64,000 nucleotides of DNA from Trichoplax sp. H2. Taxonomy: Eukaryota. Below, piece after piece: positions 27,942-41,046 of the stretch; positions within the stretch are counted from its first letter, which is position 1; each line of letters opens with the position of its first letter. The stretch covers positions 62,001-126,000 of the forward strand of contig NOWV01000141.1 in NCBI GenBank assembly GCA_003344405.1, in the 5' to 3' direction. Position numbers and translations under genes: made by a program. The notes beneath the pieces were generated by a model, which worked only from the letters and a program-made list of their open reading frames with translations, did not search any database and was not told the DNA's origin.

Positions 27942-29824
27942 TCAATTCGCAACGCAGTATGTCTTATTGGTTAAACTGCTAAAATGATGACATTATCATA
28001 CTTAAATAGGAGATGCTTTACAGTCACAACGTAGATTACTTGACGTTCGTATTACGGGGCCAGCTGACGATTTCTGACAAGATTCTTAATCCGATAGTAA
28101 ACAATGACAGCTCTCATAAATATAAACCAACCTATTTAAAAGAGTACTAATTTTAGTAACCGGCAGAAACCTAAAGTCGATATCATCACTGGGGCTAAAT
28201 AATTATCAGGAATCAGGAACATTTTTTACAGTAATTTTAACTAATCTTGCTTACCGAAAGCAACTACGAGCCACCAGAGCCAATTATCTCCATTAGTACT
28301 GCCGTCAAATTTGACATGCTTGATTAATAAGAAAAGAGTATTTGGGCAACATAAGCTTAATTGATGCTTTCAGTATAGAAAATACATTGTGATCAACTTT
28401 CTGGCCTATAGCCTATCTTGAAACAGTTTCCAATTTTATTAACTTGAACAATAATTTGTATACCTGTAATATTATAGCCCATTTAATAAGTGATAAACCA
28501 AATCCGGCAAATGCTCCGTAACGTCCGGCTACAGTGCTACTAGCACAGTAGCAAATTATAAAGCCAATCCAACTAAATATGAATGATACTAGATAATTGA
28601 TAGATATACCGTGTTATTTCAACTTACATAGTGTATAATATTTAGTCATTAGCAGATAAAGTATAATAACTTCAATAAATAATTGTTACTTATGTATTCT
28701 TTATGACTAGATTAGACTACAGTAAAACAAAGTCAAGCTTACCAAACATTGAACCCATAAAAGCAAATCCTGTTCCAAGTTCATCTACGATAAAAGATAA
28801 AACAAGTTACAATGACATGTCGCTTGCAGTTTGTAGTCCATTTCCTGAGGTAAACTTAAAGTAGATGACATATAATTAAACTACAGTACTCACCATCAGT
28901 AAGTTCCTCTTCACGCCGACGCCTTGGCTATTACATAACGAAAAGATTAATGATAGACGGTTAACAAATGAGACTCTTCAATTAGTTCCAATTAAGTAAG
29001 TCACATAGTATAGGGTTTGGATCATAGCCGTACTTCAACATTAGTAACTACTGCACAAAGCCTATTTCGCCTACTTGTGCATTCTTACCCGAACGGAACC
29101 TTGCTTATGTCTTTCAGCTTCATCGTATGTCGGTATCCTTGGAATATGCATACTTCTTGGGTCAATTTGATAATGCTGATGTTGAGCAACGGATTGACTA
29201 GATTGCGGAAGTGCAGTAGATTGATTTTTACCCCAGTCTACAAGAAGATATAATGCACAGAAATTAAACATCATCAAGCCAGTCCTGATATATACATTTT
29301 TACTGCTACATGAATTAATAGCGCATACAGACATTAAATCTCGATCACTATATCATTCGTCAAGTGCTAGTTGACTTTAAATTGATGGCCAAAGCTTACC
29401 CTGATTGTATCGACTGTCATATTCTGGAGGTAATTCTGAAGCTATTGGGTAAATATACATTTTTAATGCTACATGAATTAATAGCGCATACAGATATTAA
29501 ATCTCGATCATCATATCATTCGTCAAGTGCTAGTTGACTTCGAATTGACGGCCAAAGCTTACCCTGATTGTATCCACTGTCATATTCAGGAGGTAATTCC
29601 GAAGCTATTGGGTAATCTTCGAGATTTGCAACAGGCGGCGGAGAATCGTATTGTGGGCAAAGTGCTTCATGATTCAAATCCGTAGAGCTGGATATTGCAG
29701 GTGCATTTTCACTGTGTTCGCATTCTTGTTGCATTTCTACCTGATTTCCATCCGAATGGGTAGCCTCCATGATAGGCTGAGTTTCATCATTTTCATCACT
29801 ATGTGATCTTTCTTCATTGGCAAC
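27942..29824 (-). CDS. NDFIP: NEDD4 family-interacting protein (NDFIP1/2-like). Exons ~29824-29563, 29237-29089, ~28927-28894, ~28784-28743, ~28588-28464, ~28318-28255, ~28131-28056 (stop either at 28052 or in a last exon ending 27942); first coding exon upstream of 29824 not resolved
   Basis: PY-type motifs PQY, PPEY and IPTYDEAER, then three hydrophobic segments GTGFAFMGSMFVSFIFSWIGFIICYCASSTVAGRYGAFAGFGLSLIKWAIIL and WLWWLVVAFGWFIFMR, typical of NDFIP. Splice phases are consistent. Confidence 0.9.
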
Positions 29825-29999
29825 CTAAATGGACCAAGGAAGTAGAAAAAATCAACAAAGCTCCAATTTTGAAGTCTTGTAAGGAAATCAAGCGTGAATA
29901 TTTGACAGTAGCGTTAATGCACAGGTATTTTTGGCAGTGATGTAGAACCCTGTTAACAGCCGCGTCCAATTAACACCAATAATACAGTCATTATAATAC

Positions 30000-30797
30000 G
30001 GATCCGATATTCAATAATAAGTTTATTCAGAAACTATTATAATTTTACTAGATACATTTATACGCATATGCTATTAGGTGTACTTCATCCAGATATCGTC
30101 CATCAGTAATTCTAATATTAGATGATTTAGTGAGGACTTTCCTTACTACATTAGATGGGTGTTTTAAAACAATACAATACTGTACAGTATGTGCATTGGA
30201 TCCAATATTAAATAATAAGTTTATTCAGAAACTATTATGATTTTTACTAACAGTAAATACATTTATACGCCTATGCCATTAGATGTACTTCATCCAGATA
30301 TCGTCCATCAGCAATTCTAATATTAGATGATTTAGAGAGGACTTTCCTTACTACATTAGATGGGTGTTTTAAAAAAATACAATACTGTACAGTAAGTACA
30401 TTGGATCCGATATTAAATGATAAGTTTATTTAGAAACTATTGCAATTTTACTAAATACACTTATACGCATATGCCATTAGATGTACTTCATCCAGATATC
30501 GTCCATCAGCAATTCTAACATTACATGATTTAGTGAGGACTTTCCTTGCTACATTAGATGGGTGTTTTAAAACAATACAATACTGTACAGTATGTACATT
30601 GGATCCGATATTAAATAATAAGTTTATTTAGAAACTATTGTAATTTTACTAAATACACTTATACGCATATGCCATTAGATGTACTTCATCCAGATATCGT
30701 CCATCAGCAATTCTAACATTACATGATTTAGTGAGGACTTTCCTTGCTACATTAGATGGGTATTTTAAATATATAATACAGCACAGTAGGTACATTG
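30000..30797. repeat. ~200-bp tandem repeat, 4 copies (starting ~30000, 30198, 30403, 30601), in the NDFIP 5' intron/upstream region
   Basis: Unit ggatccgatatt.aataataagtttatt.agaaactatt...gtacttcatccagatatcgtccatcag...gaggactttcct..ctacattagatgggt...aatactgtacagta.gtacatt. Confidence 0.92.
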
Positions 30798-31447
30798 GCT
30801 CCACGACTGATCTCTATGTATTCTACTCTATGGATCAAGTATGGAACGCCTGATCTTTGTGTGTGGCACCCCATAGTGTATATACAGTAGAGTAGGACAA
30901 GAGGAACCAATCGCGTCAGCACTATATGCGCATATAAAATGAAGTTCCGTGACGGCCCTCGATAGCCATACTGTGTCAGCTACGGCACTGTGCTGTATCG
31001 AACAGTCGATATAGCACAGTATCGACTCTTGTGTGCTTTTTTTTTCTCTATTTCCCATTTTAAATCTTTATGTTGTTTTAGGTTAATAAAAGTGTTCACT
31101 CGAATCTTGTACATGCTTGCAAAGTATTTATCCTTATTAATGGAATCTTTTTTAAAAGTTAATAATCATATCTAGACGCATAGCAATCGATCCAGATTTA
31201 CATTTTCTGTAATTTGCGTTACTGACAAAATTTGGATACTCTTGTATACGGGTATATGAATTATAGACTTTTATTTTGATTCTTTCAAAAGAGAATCAAA
31301 ATAAGCAATCAATACCCTTTTAAATAGCGATTCTCAAGTACTAACTAGGTAAACTCTATTTTATCATCACTGTAAGAAAATTGAAGAATAATTTTGGCTA
31401 TTTTGTCTAATATCAAGAAGATCCAATNNNNNNNNNNNNNNNNNNNN

Positions 31448-32568
31448 AAGCTCCAATTTTGAAGTCTTGTAAGGAAATCAAGCGTGAATATTTGACAGTA
31501 GCGTTAATGCACAGGTATTTTTGGCAGTGATGTAGAACCCTGTTAATAGCCGCGTCCAATTAACACCAATAATACAGTCATTATAATACGGATCCGATAT
31601 TCAATAATAAGTTTATTCAGAAACTATTATAATTTTTACTAACAGTAAATACATTTATACGCCTATGCCATTAGATGTACTTCATCCAGATATCGTCCAT
31701 CAGCAATTCTAATATTAGATGATTTAGTGAGGACTTTCCTTACTACATTAGATGGGTGTTTTAAAAAAATACAATACTGTACAGTATGTACATTGGATCC
31801 GATATTAAATAATAACTTTATTTAGAAACTATTGTAATTTTACTAAATACACTTATACGCATATGCCATTAGATGTACTTCATCCAGATATCGTCCATCA
31901 GCAATTCTAACATTAGATGATTTAGTGAGGACTTTCCTTGCTACATTAGATGGGTATTTTAAATATATAATACAGCACAGTAGGTACATTGGCTCCACGA
32001 CTGGTCTCTATGTATTCTACTCTATGGATCAAGTATGGAACGCCTGATCTTTGTGTGTGGCACCCCATAGTGTATACAGTAGAGTAGGACAAGAGGAACC
32101 AATCGCGTCAGTACTATATACGCATATAAAATGAAGTTCCGTGACGGCCCTTGATTGCCATACTGTGTCAGCTATTGCGCTGTGCTGTATCGTACAGTCG
32201 ATATAGCACAGTATCGACTCTTGTGTACTTTTTTTTTCTCTATTTCCCATTTTAAATCTTTATGTTGTTTTAGGTTAATAAAAGTGTTCACTCGAATCTT
32301 GTACATGCTTGCAAAGTATTTATCCTTATTAATGGAATCTTTTTTAAAAGTTAATCATCATATCTAGACGCATAGCAATCGATCCAGATTTACATTTTCT
32401 GTAATTTGCGTTACTGACAAAAGTCATAATTTGGATACTCGTGTATACAGGTATATGAATTATAGACTTTTATTTTGATTCTTTCAAAAGAGAATCAAAA
32501 TAAGCAATCAATACCCTTTTAAATAGCGATTCTTAAGTACTAACTAGGTAAACTCTATTTTATCATCA
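31448..32568. repeat. Second copy of 29858-31370 between N gaps, carrying only 2 units of the 200-bp repeat; probable alternative haplotype
   Basis: Restarts at aagctccaattttgaagtcttg directly after a gap; otherwise near-identical with scattered SNPs. Confidence 0.85.
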
Positions 32569-32588
32569 NNNNNNNNNNNNNNNNNNNN

Positions 32589-33107
32589 GTGATGTTACCT
32601 TGGTATAAAATACTCACATTATGCTGAAGAACAACTCCACAATCTGTCGTCATCCATTTGCCGTCTAGACCAAAATTGAAAACAACAACACGATAGACAT
32701 TTTGCAAGCAGAACCTCGAGGGCTACACCATGGCATCACTGCAAGGCCAAGAGCACGTTATGCTGTATGATTGGCGGCTAGGTACAGTACTGTGTACAGT
32801 AGAACACCCTGCAGGTTGGGGATACTCTACAGTACTGTGCTCACCATTTGACGTGATATTGAAGCTGGATTGCGCACAAGCTTTACGCAGAAGTTGCATC
32901 ATCTTTCATGGATTTGTACCGCATTGAGCGACTTCCAATTCCCTGGCATGGAAGTAAAGCAGACAGGAAATGCACAGCTAACCTAGAATACACGGTGGAA
33001 TATCAGAACTATATTCAGTATAATCGCTTCTTGTATCCATGCTGTGCTCCTATCTTACTAATGATCGTTATTCGAGGATATTGTACGCACGTACGAGCAA
33101 TCATTAG
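32589..33107 (+). repeat. Gap-flanked copy of 48128-48682 (misplaced allelic contig or short dispersed repeat)
   Basis: gtgatgttaccttggtataaa...cgagcaatcattag present at both loci in the same orientation, with small indels. Confidence 0.85.
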
Positions 33108-33789
33108 NNNNNNNNNNNNNNNNNNNNGGTATATGAATTATAGACTTTTATTTTGATTCTTTCAAAAGAGAATCAAAATAAGCAATCAATACCCTTTTAA
33201 ATAGCGATTCTTAAGTACTAACTAGGTAAACTCTATTTTATCATCACTGTAAGAAAATTGAAGAATAATCTTGGCTATTTTGTCTAATATCAAGAAGATC
33301 CAATTGAACATTAATTATTCCAAGTATTTCTTCACTGTGCCGTCCACTTGATCAAGTGCGTCCCAATATTTTTCTAATCTAAGGCGTTCTTTCTATACTT
33401 AAAGTTGTATATAACATACATAGAATAGTGTAGCCTCGAATGGTGTTGATCCGTAATAATTTCATCACAATTTTAATCTCCATTCACGATAAATCTCATT
33501 TTTTTTTTGCCAGTGAAACAGCAATGAGAAAATATTGTACGTTGATCAAAGACGCTAATGGACATTCAAAATTTGAAAAACAAGCGCAATGGAGTTCCCT
33601 TCTGTAAGTATATAGACACTGAATGACAATATCCCACCACGAATAACTCCTAATATATTTGTTATACATACCAAAGGTTGCCTTTCGTCGTCCTGCATTG
33701 GTTAGGATTTGCAGATTGTGTAAAACTTCACCGACTAGGGCGAGAAGAACTAAATCAATTTCACAGGTTAGGCGATCGCAACTGCCCAA

Positions 33790-33972
33790 ATACTGCACAT
33801 ACAACACTACAAATACAGTACTATACTGTACATCTAGTACAGGACTATACAGTTCAGTAGGGGTTCAAAATCCAGTTCAAAACATGGCGTTCGGTACAGT
33901 GTACAGTACCACGGAGTACAGTACTGTACTGTAGTTTAATATTGTAGTCCATGACGGTACAGTACAGTACAT
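33790..33972. promoter_or_regulatory. Cluster of TACAGTA/TACTGTA motifs at the probable NDFIP promoter region
   Basis: Dense motifs plus an AACATGGCG (YY1-like) site at ~33880. A minus-strand candidate donor (tcg|gtgaag) lies near 33730. Promoter role is inferred. Confidence 0.35.
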
Positions 33973-34364
33973 CAGAAGAGGTGCTACAGAAGGACAACCA
34001 GATAGACTTTCTTCAACTCTTCCCCCACAAAGATCGATCGGGCCTGCAAAACCAAACAGGGACTTTACCATATTGGCCAGCAAAAAGAAGTAAATGAACA
34101 GCAAAGGGAATATCAACACTATCCGCATCTGCAGTTGTACGTTGAATACTGTGAACTTTACAGGCCCATGATATTCATTTCCCTACACTGTTAACTCTCC
34201 ATGACGATGGTATTCGTATTCCTAAGTGTTCAATTCAAAGAGATTTTTTCTCAATGAAGGTCATCACAGACAGTGCATAAACTCCAGTTTAAAAACTCAT
34301 TTTCCCTAGTTTTTCTCGATCATTTTAAGGGAAAGACAAGCAACTTTACGGCAAGAATAAGCTA

Positions 34365-35117
34365 TTGGAAATTTTCTTCTGCTATCTGATGTGAAATATT
34401 TCAACTTAACTGTAAATTTGAATCAGTTTTACTGCGTAAATTTTTGACTCAGATTGTACAAATGATAGAAATAAAGGTGTATACTTTGATCACTGTCTGT
34501 GCTATGGTACTATTAAGAAGAAAGGATGTTGAGTCATTCCTGTAATTAGATTAATGGACTAATTAGAATTTATTAGAGCAAATGAATGAAATCTATTCAT
34601 CATAATTATGCAAACTGTATAAAAAATTGGAGCTAAACAAAAAGCCATTAGCGCAGTAAAAGAGTATACTGTACTCCTTGACCATAAANNNNNNNNNNNN
34701 NNNNNNNNTTGGAAATTTTCTTCTGCTATCTGATGTGAAATAATTCAACTTAACTGTAAATTTGAATCAGTTTTACTGCGTAAATTTTGGACTCAGATTG
34801 TACAAATGATAGAAATAAAGGTGTATACTTTGATCACTGTCTGTGCTATGGTACTATTAATTAGACATCTATTAGTTCAAATTTAAGACGATAAAATCTA
34901 GCGTTGGTCACAGCGAATCCTATAGTGGAGCATACAAAGGGTTAAGAAGAAAGGATGTTGAGTCATTCCTGTAATTAGATTAATGGACTAATTAGAATTT
35001 ATTAGAGGAAATGAATGAAATCTATTCATCATAATTATGCAAACTGTATAAAAAATTGGAGCTAAACAAAAAGCCATTAGCGCAGTAAAAGAGTATACTG
35101 TACTCCTTGACCATAAA
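34365..35117. repeat. Overlap duplication across an N gap (34365-34688 vs 34709-35117) with an 85-bp indel
   Basis: Identical flanks; copy 2 has extra sequence 34861-34945 bounded by TTAA. Confidence 0.85.
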
Positions 35118-36240
35118 TTTGTCTGTCGGTTAAAAGGTACAGTACTTAATATTAAGTTACGAAGTAGTTTTTATTGGATCAACGAAAGTACAGTATACCC
35201 ATTTTATATAATCTCCTTAGTCGTGACATCTACAGAAATAGACAATACAGTGGAAATGTACTTAAAAGAAAGTACTTTGATAACTAGTTGGATTTTTTCT
35301 CATACCTTTATAATGGAATTTTAATTGGCAAATTTACCATGCCTTTCACTTCTACACACAGTGATGGGATTATCGTTCATTGTCATACGCAATTTGGTAA
35401 TGGCTTAGCATTACAGTTAATAAGCTAACTTCCAACTCTGAAAATAGCAAAAACAAAAATACCCAGTTTAATACGTACATAGTTGACCTAATAAAAGCCA
35501 CCAACACAAAAACGAGGATATGCGTCCAACTTAATAATTCACAACATGGATTTACTCTGTAATACTGCGACAACAATTTGATATCACTATAATTGTAATG
35601 ATAAGTATTTTTTCATAAAAATTACTTTATCTTACCAGCGATTAATTTAAAACCATTACATAATGACTATGCCCCGACAAGGTACTTCCTCTAATATTAC
35701 AAAAACCTGCTGCCGATATTTGTGCAGACTCGGTTATCAGGTTGAACGGGAGACAGCTAAGATAGTAGTATCATACTAGAATGGCTAACTTCGAATATCC
35801 ATTAAGATAGCCATCACGATTCTTATCCTTACTGATATGTTCGTATAGTTAATTAAAGCTAAATTGATGCACATCGAACTTAGCTAATATAATAAATACG
35901 AAACTCATACAGCTAACAAACTGGAAATTCATATTACACTACAACTTTATTAATACGGCATTTGCACAATATTTCTACCAAATGTACCTAACTTAATATA
36001 CTATTAAACGGCCATGATATACTATAAAGCCTCTGAAACAAGAAACAAAATGCAATTCATGAAGTGAATACGAAGATACCATAAAATTTCATTAATATTC
36101 ATTAGCAGTATTACACTGAACTAAATTGCTCAAGTATATAATAATTTCTCCCATGAGCTGGTGATTCATAAAATCTCCTCCGCAACAGTTGATACGTTGA
36201 ATCTTGCCAACAAGATATTACAAGTCAGCGGAAATATTCA

Positions 36241-38847
36241 ATGACCGATCAGCAGACCTCGGATTCGCTGACAACCTCAGGTACTTTGCAACTATTATGA
36301 CATTTCATACAAGTCAGGAGAAATACCAAATCTTGCTCACTTTTAAAAACTAGAAATTTTTACTTCAATTGCCTAAAATTATGGTTTTGTTCCAATCTTA
36401 ATATATTCAAATACATTTTAATTTCGCTTCAACAAACGGCTAAAGTACATAATGTTGTGTTTCCCTTACACACTGGGAACTAGACCTCTCATTAACCCCT
36501 AACTTTCACTTCCAGTAACTCAATGCATAAATCTTAGAACTTTAAAAATTATCTTTTTATTTGTGTATCTTTACTTACGACGTAACTTAGTAATTTCAAC
36601 TTACAAAAACGTGATCACTAACAACGTTATGATCTTAATAAAAATTTCATATACAATACTGTACATCGCACTTTACAATTACAACACATAATACTTGTAC
36701 ATATTGCTACATCAATATACGAGGATAGAGCTTAAGCACAAAGCTTACTCCTTCGATAGTTACTGTATAACATGAAAAACTAAATAATGCGTATAATTGA
36801 ACTATGTTATAAGCTCGCAGTACTCGAGATGCTATTCTGAACAATCTTTCTAATAGCATCTTGTATAAGGAATTTCGTACGGGTAGGTATTTTGCAGTAA
36901 CATTATTGAGCTACACATACGCTCTAAAGAAGGATAGACCTAAGTATATGTGCATCTGACATTGTAACTGTCTATAATTTCCGCAGATATTTTACAAACT
37001 TGCGAGAAGGAATATCAAACCAACTTTTGTACTAAATAGAATAATGAAAATTTTCTTGATCCTGATTTAAAATATCATTTAACCTTACAGAATCCTCTCC
37101 TTCCGATGAGATTAGCAGTGATCCAGCTACAGATTTAGAAATAAGTAAGCAGCAAATACACATAAAAGAAAAAAGATTATGTAAAGAATCTATTGAGAAA
37201 GCCAAAATAAGGCATCCATTTCGTGGACCGTGTCATTGCTACAGAAGACCTTGCAAAGGAGAGGATCTACCAACAAATTATTGCAAAGATTTATACAATA
37301 AATTTTGGAAGATGTCTACTAGTAAAAAGAAAGTATGGATCGTTGAGCATATTCGAATATTGGAAGTTCAAAAGCGCAGACGAATGACGAAGGGAAAAAC
37401 TTATAGAGCATACACAAAGCGTTACAGTTTGCCAACTCCTGATTTGGTCAAAATTGATGTTTGTAAAAGGATGTTTATGAATACCATAGGATTATTGTCC
37501 GATTGTTTTATAAATCGAGCTTTGAGAAAAGCGGACGGTAATATATTAGGTGATAGAATCATTAAAGTGACCTTCAAAAATGCCTTACAACCGAGCGCTA
37601 TTGAGGTTATAAGAAAGCAAATTTTATCATTCAATCCATGCATAAGCCACTATAGAATTGAAGAAGCACCCAGGGCATTTTATTTACCTGGGAGTTTAAC
37701 AATCAAATCAATGTATCAAAATCTCATACAGAAACATCTAATAGAAGGCTTGGATTATTCTTTATATCAAAAGCAATTACAAAAGATGAATATCAAGTTT
37801 ACAAGTCTAGGATCAGACGTGTGTCCCAGCTGTTTTAGCTACAAACAACATCGACATACAAGGATAAATAGAAATTGTATTAAATGTCAAGAGTATACAG
37901 CTCATACTAATTTCTATAGGCAAGCACGATTTTATTATCATATAGATAGAAAGAAAAAACAGTCTAGCACAGATGCTTACTTGACAGCTGATTTGCAAAA
38001 ATTTCTACTTTTGCCTGTTCTGGCCAACCATACACAGATAGCAGCTAGAACTAAACGTTTAATATGTTTTAACCAGACCTTTGTCCCACTAGGACGAGCA
38101 ACAATGGCAGTACCCAACGTATGCATCCTCTGGCATGAAGGGGAAGCCGGCAGAGGTGATTCGGAAATTGCAAGTGCATTTATTGAGGGTTTGAAATCTT
38201 ATAATGGAATCGAGCACATTACGCTTTGGCTGGACAATCATGCCGGGCAAAATAAAAATTGGACACTCTATAACGCAATGGCTCATATCATTAACACGAA
38301 TATCGTTAGTTTGAAAAAGCTTACTCTAAAATATCTTACTCCTAGCCATACATTTATGACAGCTAATCCTGTCCACGCTGCCATTGAAAGGAAGATAAGA
38401 ATATCATCCAATCTGGAAGTCTTTCAAGATTTAGAAAATATCATTTCCAAATCGGGTAGAAATACTCATGTGCGCTCGCTAAAATATACTAATTTCTATA
38501 AGTGGGAGAAAAGGCCACCCATTGATGAAAGGACAGCCAATAGGGACCATTTGACCACAGCAAGAGTTATTCAATTTGTAAGAGGAGAGTCTAAAATTTA
38601 TTGGAAAACTGATTTCACGGCAGAAAAATTTCACTGTAGTGAATTTCTACTAAAACATAGGGGCGCTCGAGCACGAAAAGGGATACTTGGAGCGGTGCTA
38701 ACCCAGCCTAGAGGAATTAACTTGGTTAAAAGGGAAGAAATTATTACCAAATTAGGTTACCTAATGCGAAAGCGCAGCTTTAAATTCTGGACCAATATCT
38801 CTGCCAAGATCGGCATTGTCAATCTTGCAGTTGCTGACGATGATTAA
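36241..38847 (+). CDS. Transposase-derived gene of Sola-type (DDD) ancestry, probably domesticated. Exons 36241-36280 and 37091-38847, ~598 aa
   Basis: Phase-1 GT-AG intron joins MTDQQTSDSLTTS to an uninterrupted frame. It carries CHC..PC...FW, VCKRMFMNTIG, SHYR..YLP..LTIKSMY, DVCPSC..H, ADLQK, WHEGEAGRG..EIAS, LDNHAGQNKN and SHTFMTANPVH..IE. No terminal inverted repeats were seen. Superfamily assignment is from remembered motifs. Confidence 0.8.
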
Positions 38848-39987
38848 GTAAATTCAACACCTGTATTAATCCATTATTCACATTATGTAGAATCGTAGAA
38901 TCCTGTCATGAAAATAAGAATAGAGAACGCATAAAATATGCTTGAATTGTAGCATCAAGAGTAGTATTGGGCTTCTCTATTAGTGCGCATAAGTTAATAA
39001 ATTGAAATTGTTTATTGATAGGTAGTACAAAATGCTGTAGCATTTCCCGGCTAAAAATTAATGTCCAATTATAACTTACTCCAATGAACTCTTTTGGGGA
39101 GCTATCTCTGGATAATAAAATGATATTCTACTAAAGCTGCAGTTATATCATTGTCCAGTTTAGCCTACGTTTATTTGATCTACTCGTACCTTCCAGTTAC
39201 CCACGTACTTAATAGCTACTTTAAGTGAGATTGTATAATAATATCTACTATCAAACTCTCCGTATTATAACATCAGTTTCATTATGCTATGTTAAGAAAT
39301 GAATGCTAGCCAAGCTTAGATTAACGATCTAACAAATGAATGGTTAACTAGTGTATAACATCGCCGTCTCTATCACTTGAGCTCTTGGCGTAGGGCTCAA
39401 TTTGGATGACGACATATTTACGTGAATGCAGCAGTTGCTGTATAAATAAGAAAAGAATTGTGCGCAGCTCTGGCTAGCCTATCAGATCTACAGTACGAGT
39501 ATTTTCATAGCATTCGTTACGTTTTTGTTGGCGGCACTAGATCAATCACGCAAGATAAAGATTTCCAGAAGTCCATATTGATACCAAGTACTGTGTTAAT
39601 AATAATAATGTAATCAATTAATTTGAATATCTAAATTAAAAGAAACGAGCTTCGCCGTGTAGATTAATTATTACTTAGTGTTCACTACGCCTATCCGCTC
39701 TCAACAGTACAATACGTGAGCCCAAAGGTGCAATTGCTCCTCACTCGCAAAATGTAGCCGTCCGTGACATTTCAACTTTCCAAGTCGAAGAAATAGTAAC
39801 GCCAATCTATCGCAATTGTTGCCTTCAAAAGTTTAGTTAATGATCAGTTATGACTACAATTATTAATACCAGGAAAAAGCCGCCTATTCCAGTGCCATAA
39901 TCTATCTATGCAGTATCTCTCAATATCTATATATACATTATACAGTATGTTAGTCTTATATTATTATTCATTCGGAATGTAATGGCA

Positions 39988-40465
39988 TACTTACGTATTT
40001 ATTATAATATTATAGTACTCATGCTACTATACAATACTATATAAGTTTGATATAAACCTTTCGGGCATTACGCTATAAATTTATATCTACATGTGCATAC
40101 GCACTATAATGAGCCCCGTCGCGTTGCTAATGCTGGCAGCTCCGTTATTAATGAACTTCTTATAAAAACCATCGAGATGTACTATTTGGAGAAGTTTACT
40201 TACAGTATACCTATATGCTTAAATATTTACGTATTTATTTATTATAATATTCTAGTACTCATGCTACCGTATAGTACTATATAAATTTGATATAAACCTT
40301 TCGCGCATTACGCTATAAATTTATATCTACATATGCATACGCACTATAATGAGCCCCATCGCGTTGCTAATGCTGACAGCTCCATTATTAATTAATTAAC
40401 ATCTTATAAAACCATCGAGATATACTATTTGGAGAGGTTTACTTAAAGTATACCTTTAAACTTAA
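39988..40465. repeat. ~240-bp tandem duplication
   Basis: ttacgtatttattataatatt.tagtactcatgcta...gagcccc.tcgcgttgctaatgctg.cagctcc...aaccatcgagat.tactatttggaga occurs twice. Confidence 0.88.
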
Positions 40466-41046
40466 GGCTGAAACGTTTCCAACACTATTATCACCATAGG
40501 CAACCAGCTCGTATCAAACACTACAGCATTGTTCCATGACGTCTGTCCGTCCAGATTTGGCGGGAAATTCGCTACGATTTGCACAGTGTATTTTATCCTG
40601 CTACAGTACAGCCTTGTACTGTACACTATAATAGTTGGTAAAATCTGATTTCATTCTAAGGGGCAGTCCCTGCCCTTGTTACCGAAGTACTGATTGTGCA
40701 CCAGTATAGTATTTCGGTAAACTGCTTCCTTGGGCAGCTGAGCTCAATTAGTGGCGGCGATCAGGGCGAGTAGAATAAAAAAGAAAAACAGAAAGCTTTT
40801 AGCTATCCTTTAAAGTTGTTGTAAGGCTTCCAAAGTGATCAAGGTATAGCATGCTAGCTAGATTGCAAATTATTAATATTCTAGTAAGCTTATTTAGCAG
40901 TGAAAGACTGAAATTAAACTTCGCTACAGGTTTCTAACTGCCTGCTGCAATCGATTGACAGTAGTTCCTCGAGAGGAGTCCTTGATTCTTATTTATCATT
41001 GGTCATATTAATTGCTCAACATTAACGGGAAGAATACAAAATCAAG

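Noticed and set aside
30000-30797. CRISPR-like regular array
   Set aside because: Whole units repeat with no unique spacers, and the context is eukaryotic; it is a minisatellite.
30828-32367. Paired ORFs MGNREKKSTQES.. and MLYRTVDIAQY..
   Set aside because: Differ by frameshifting indels between the two copies and show no protein motifs.
34857-36500. TTAA-CCCCT at ~36492 and AGGG-TTAA at ~34941 as TIRs of the transposase gene
   Set aside because: They face away from each other and do not enclose the ORF, and the protein motifs are not piggyBac-like.
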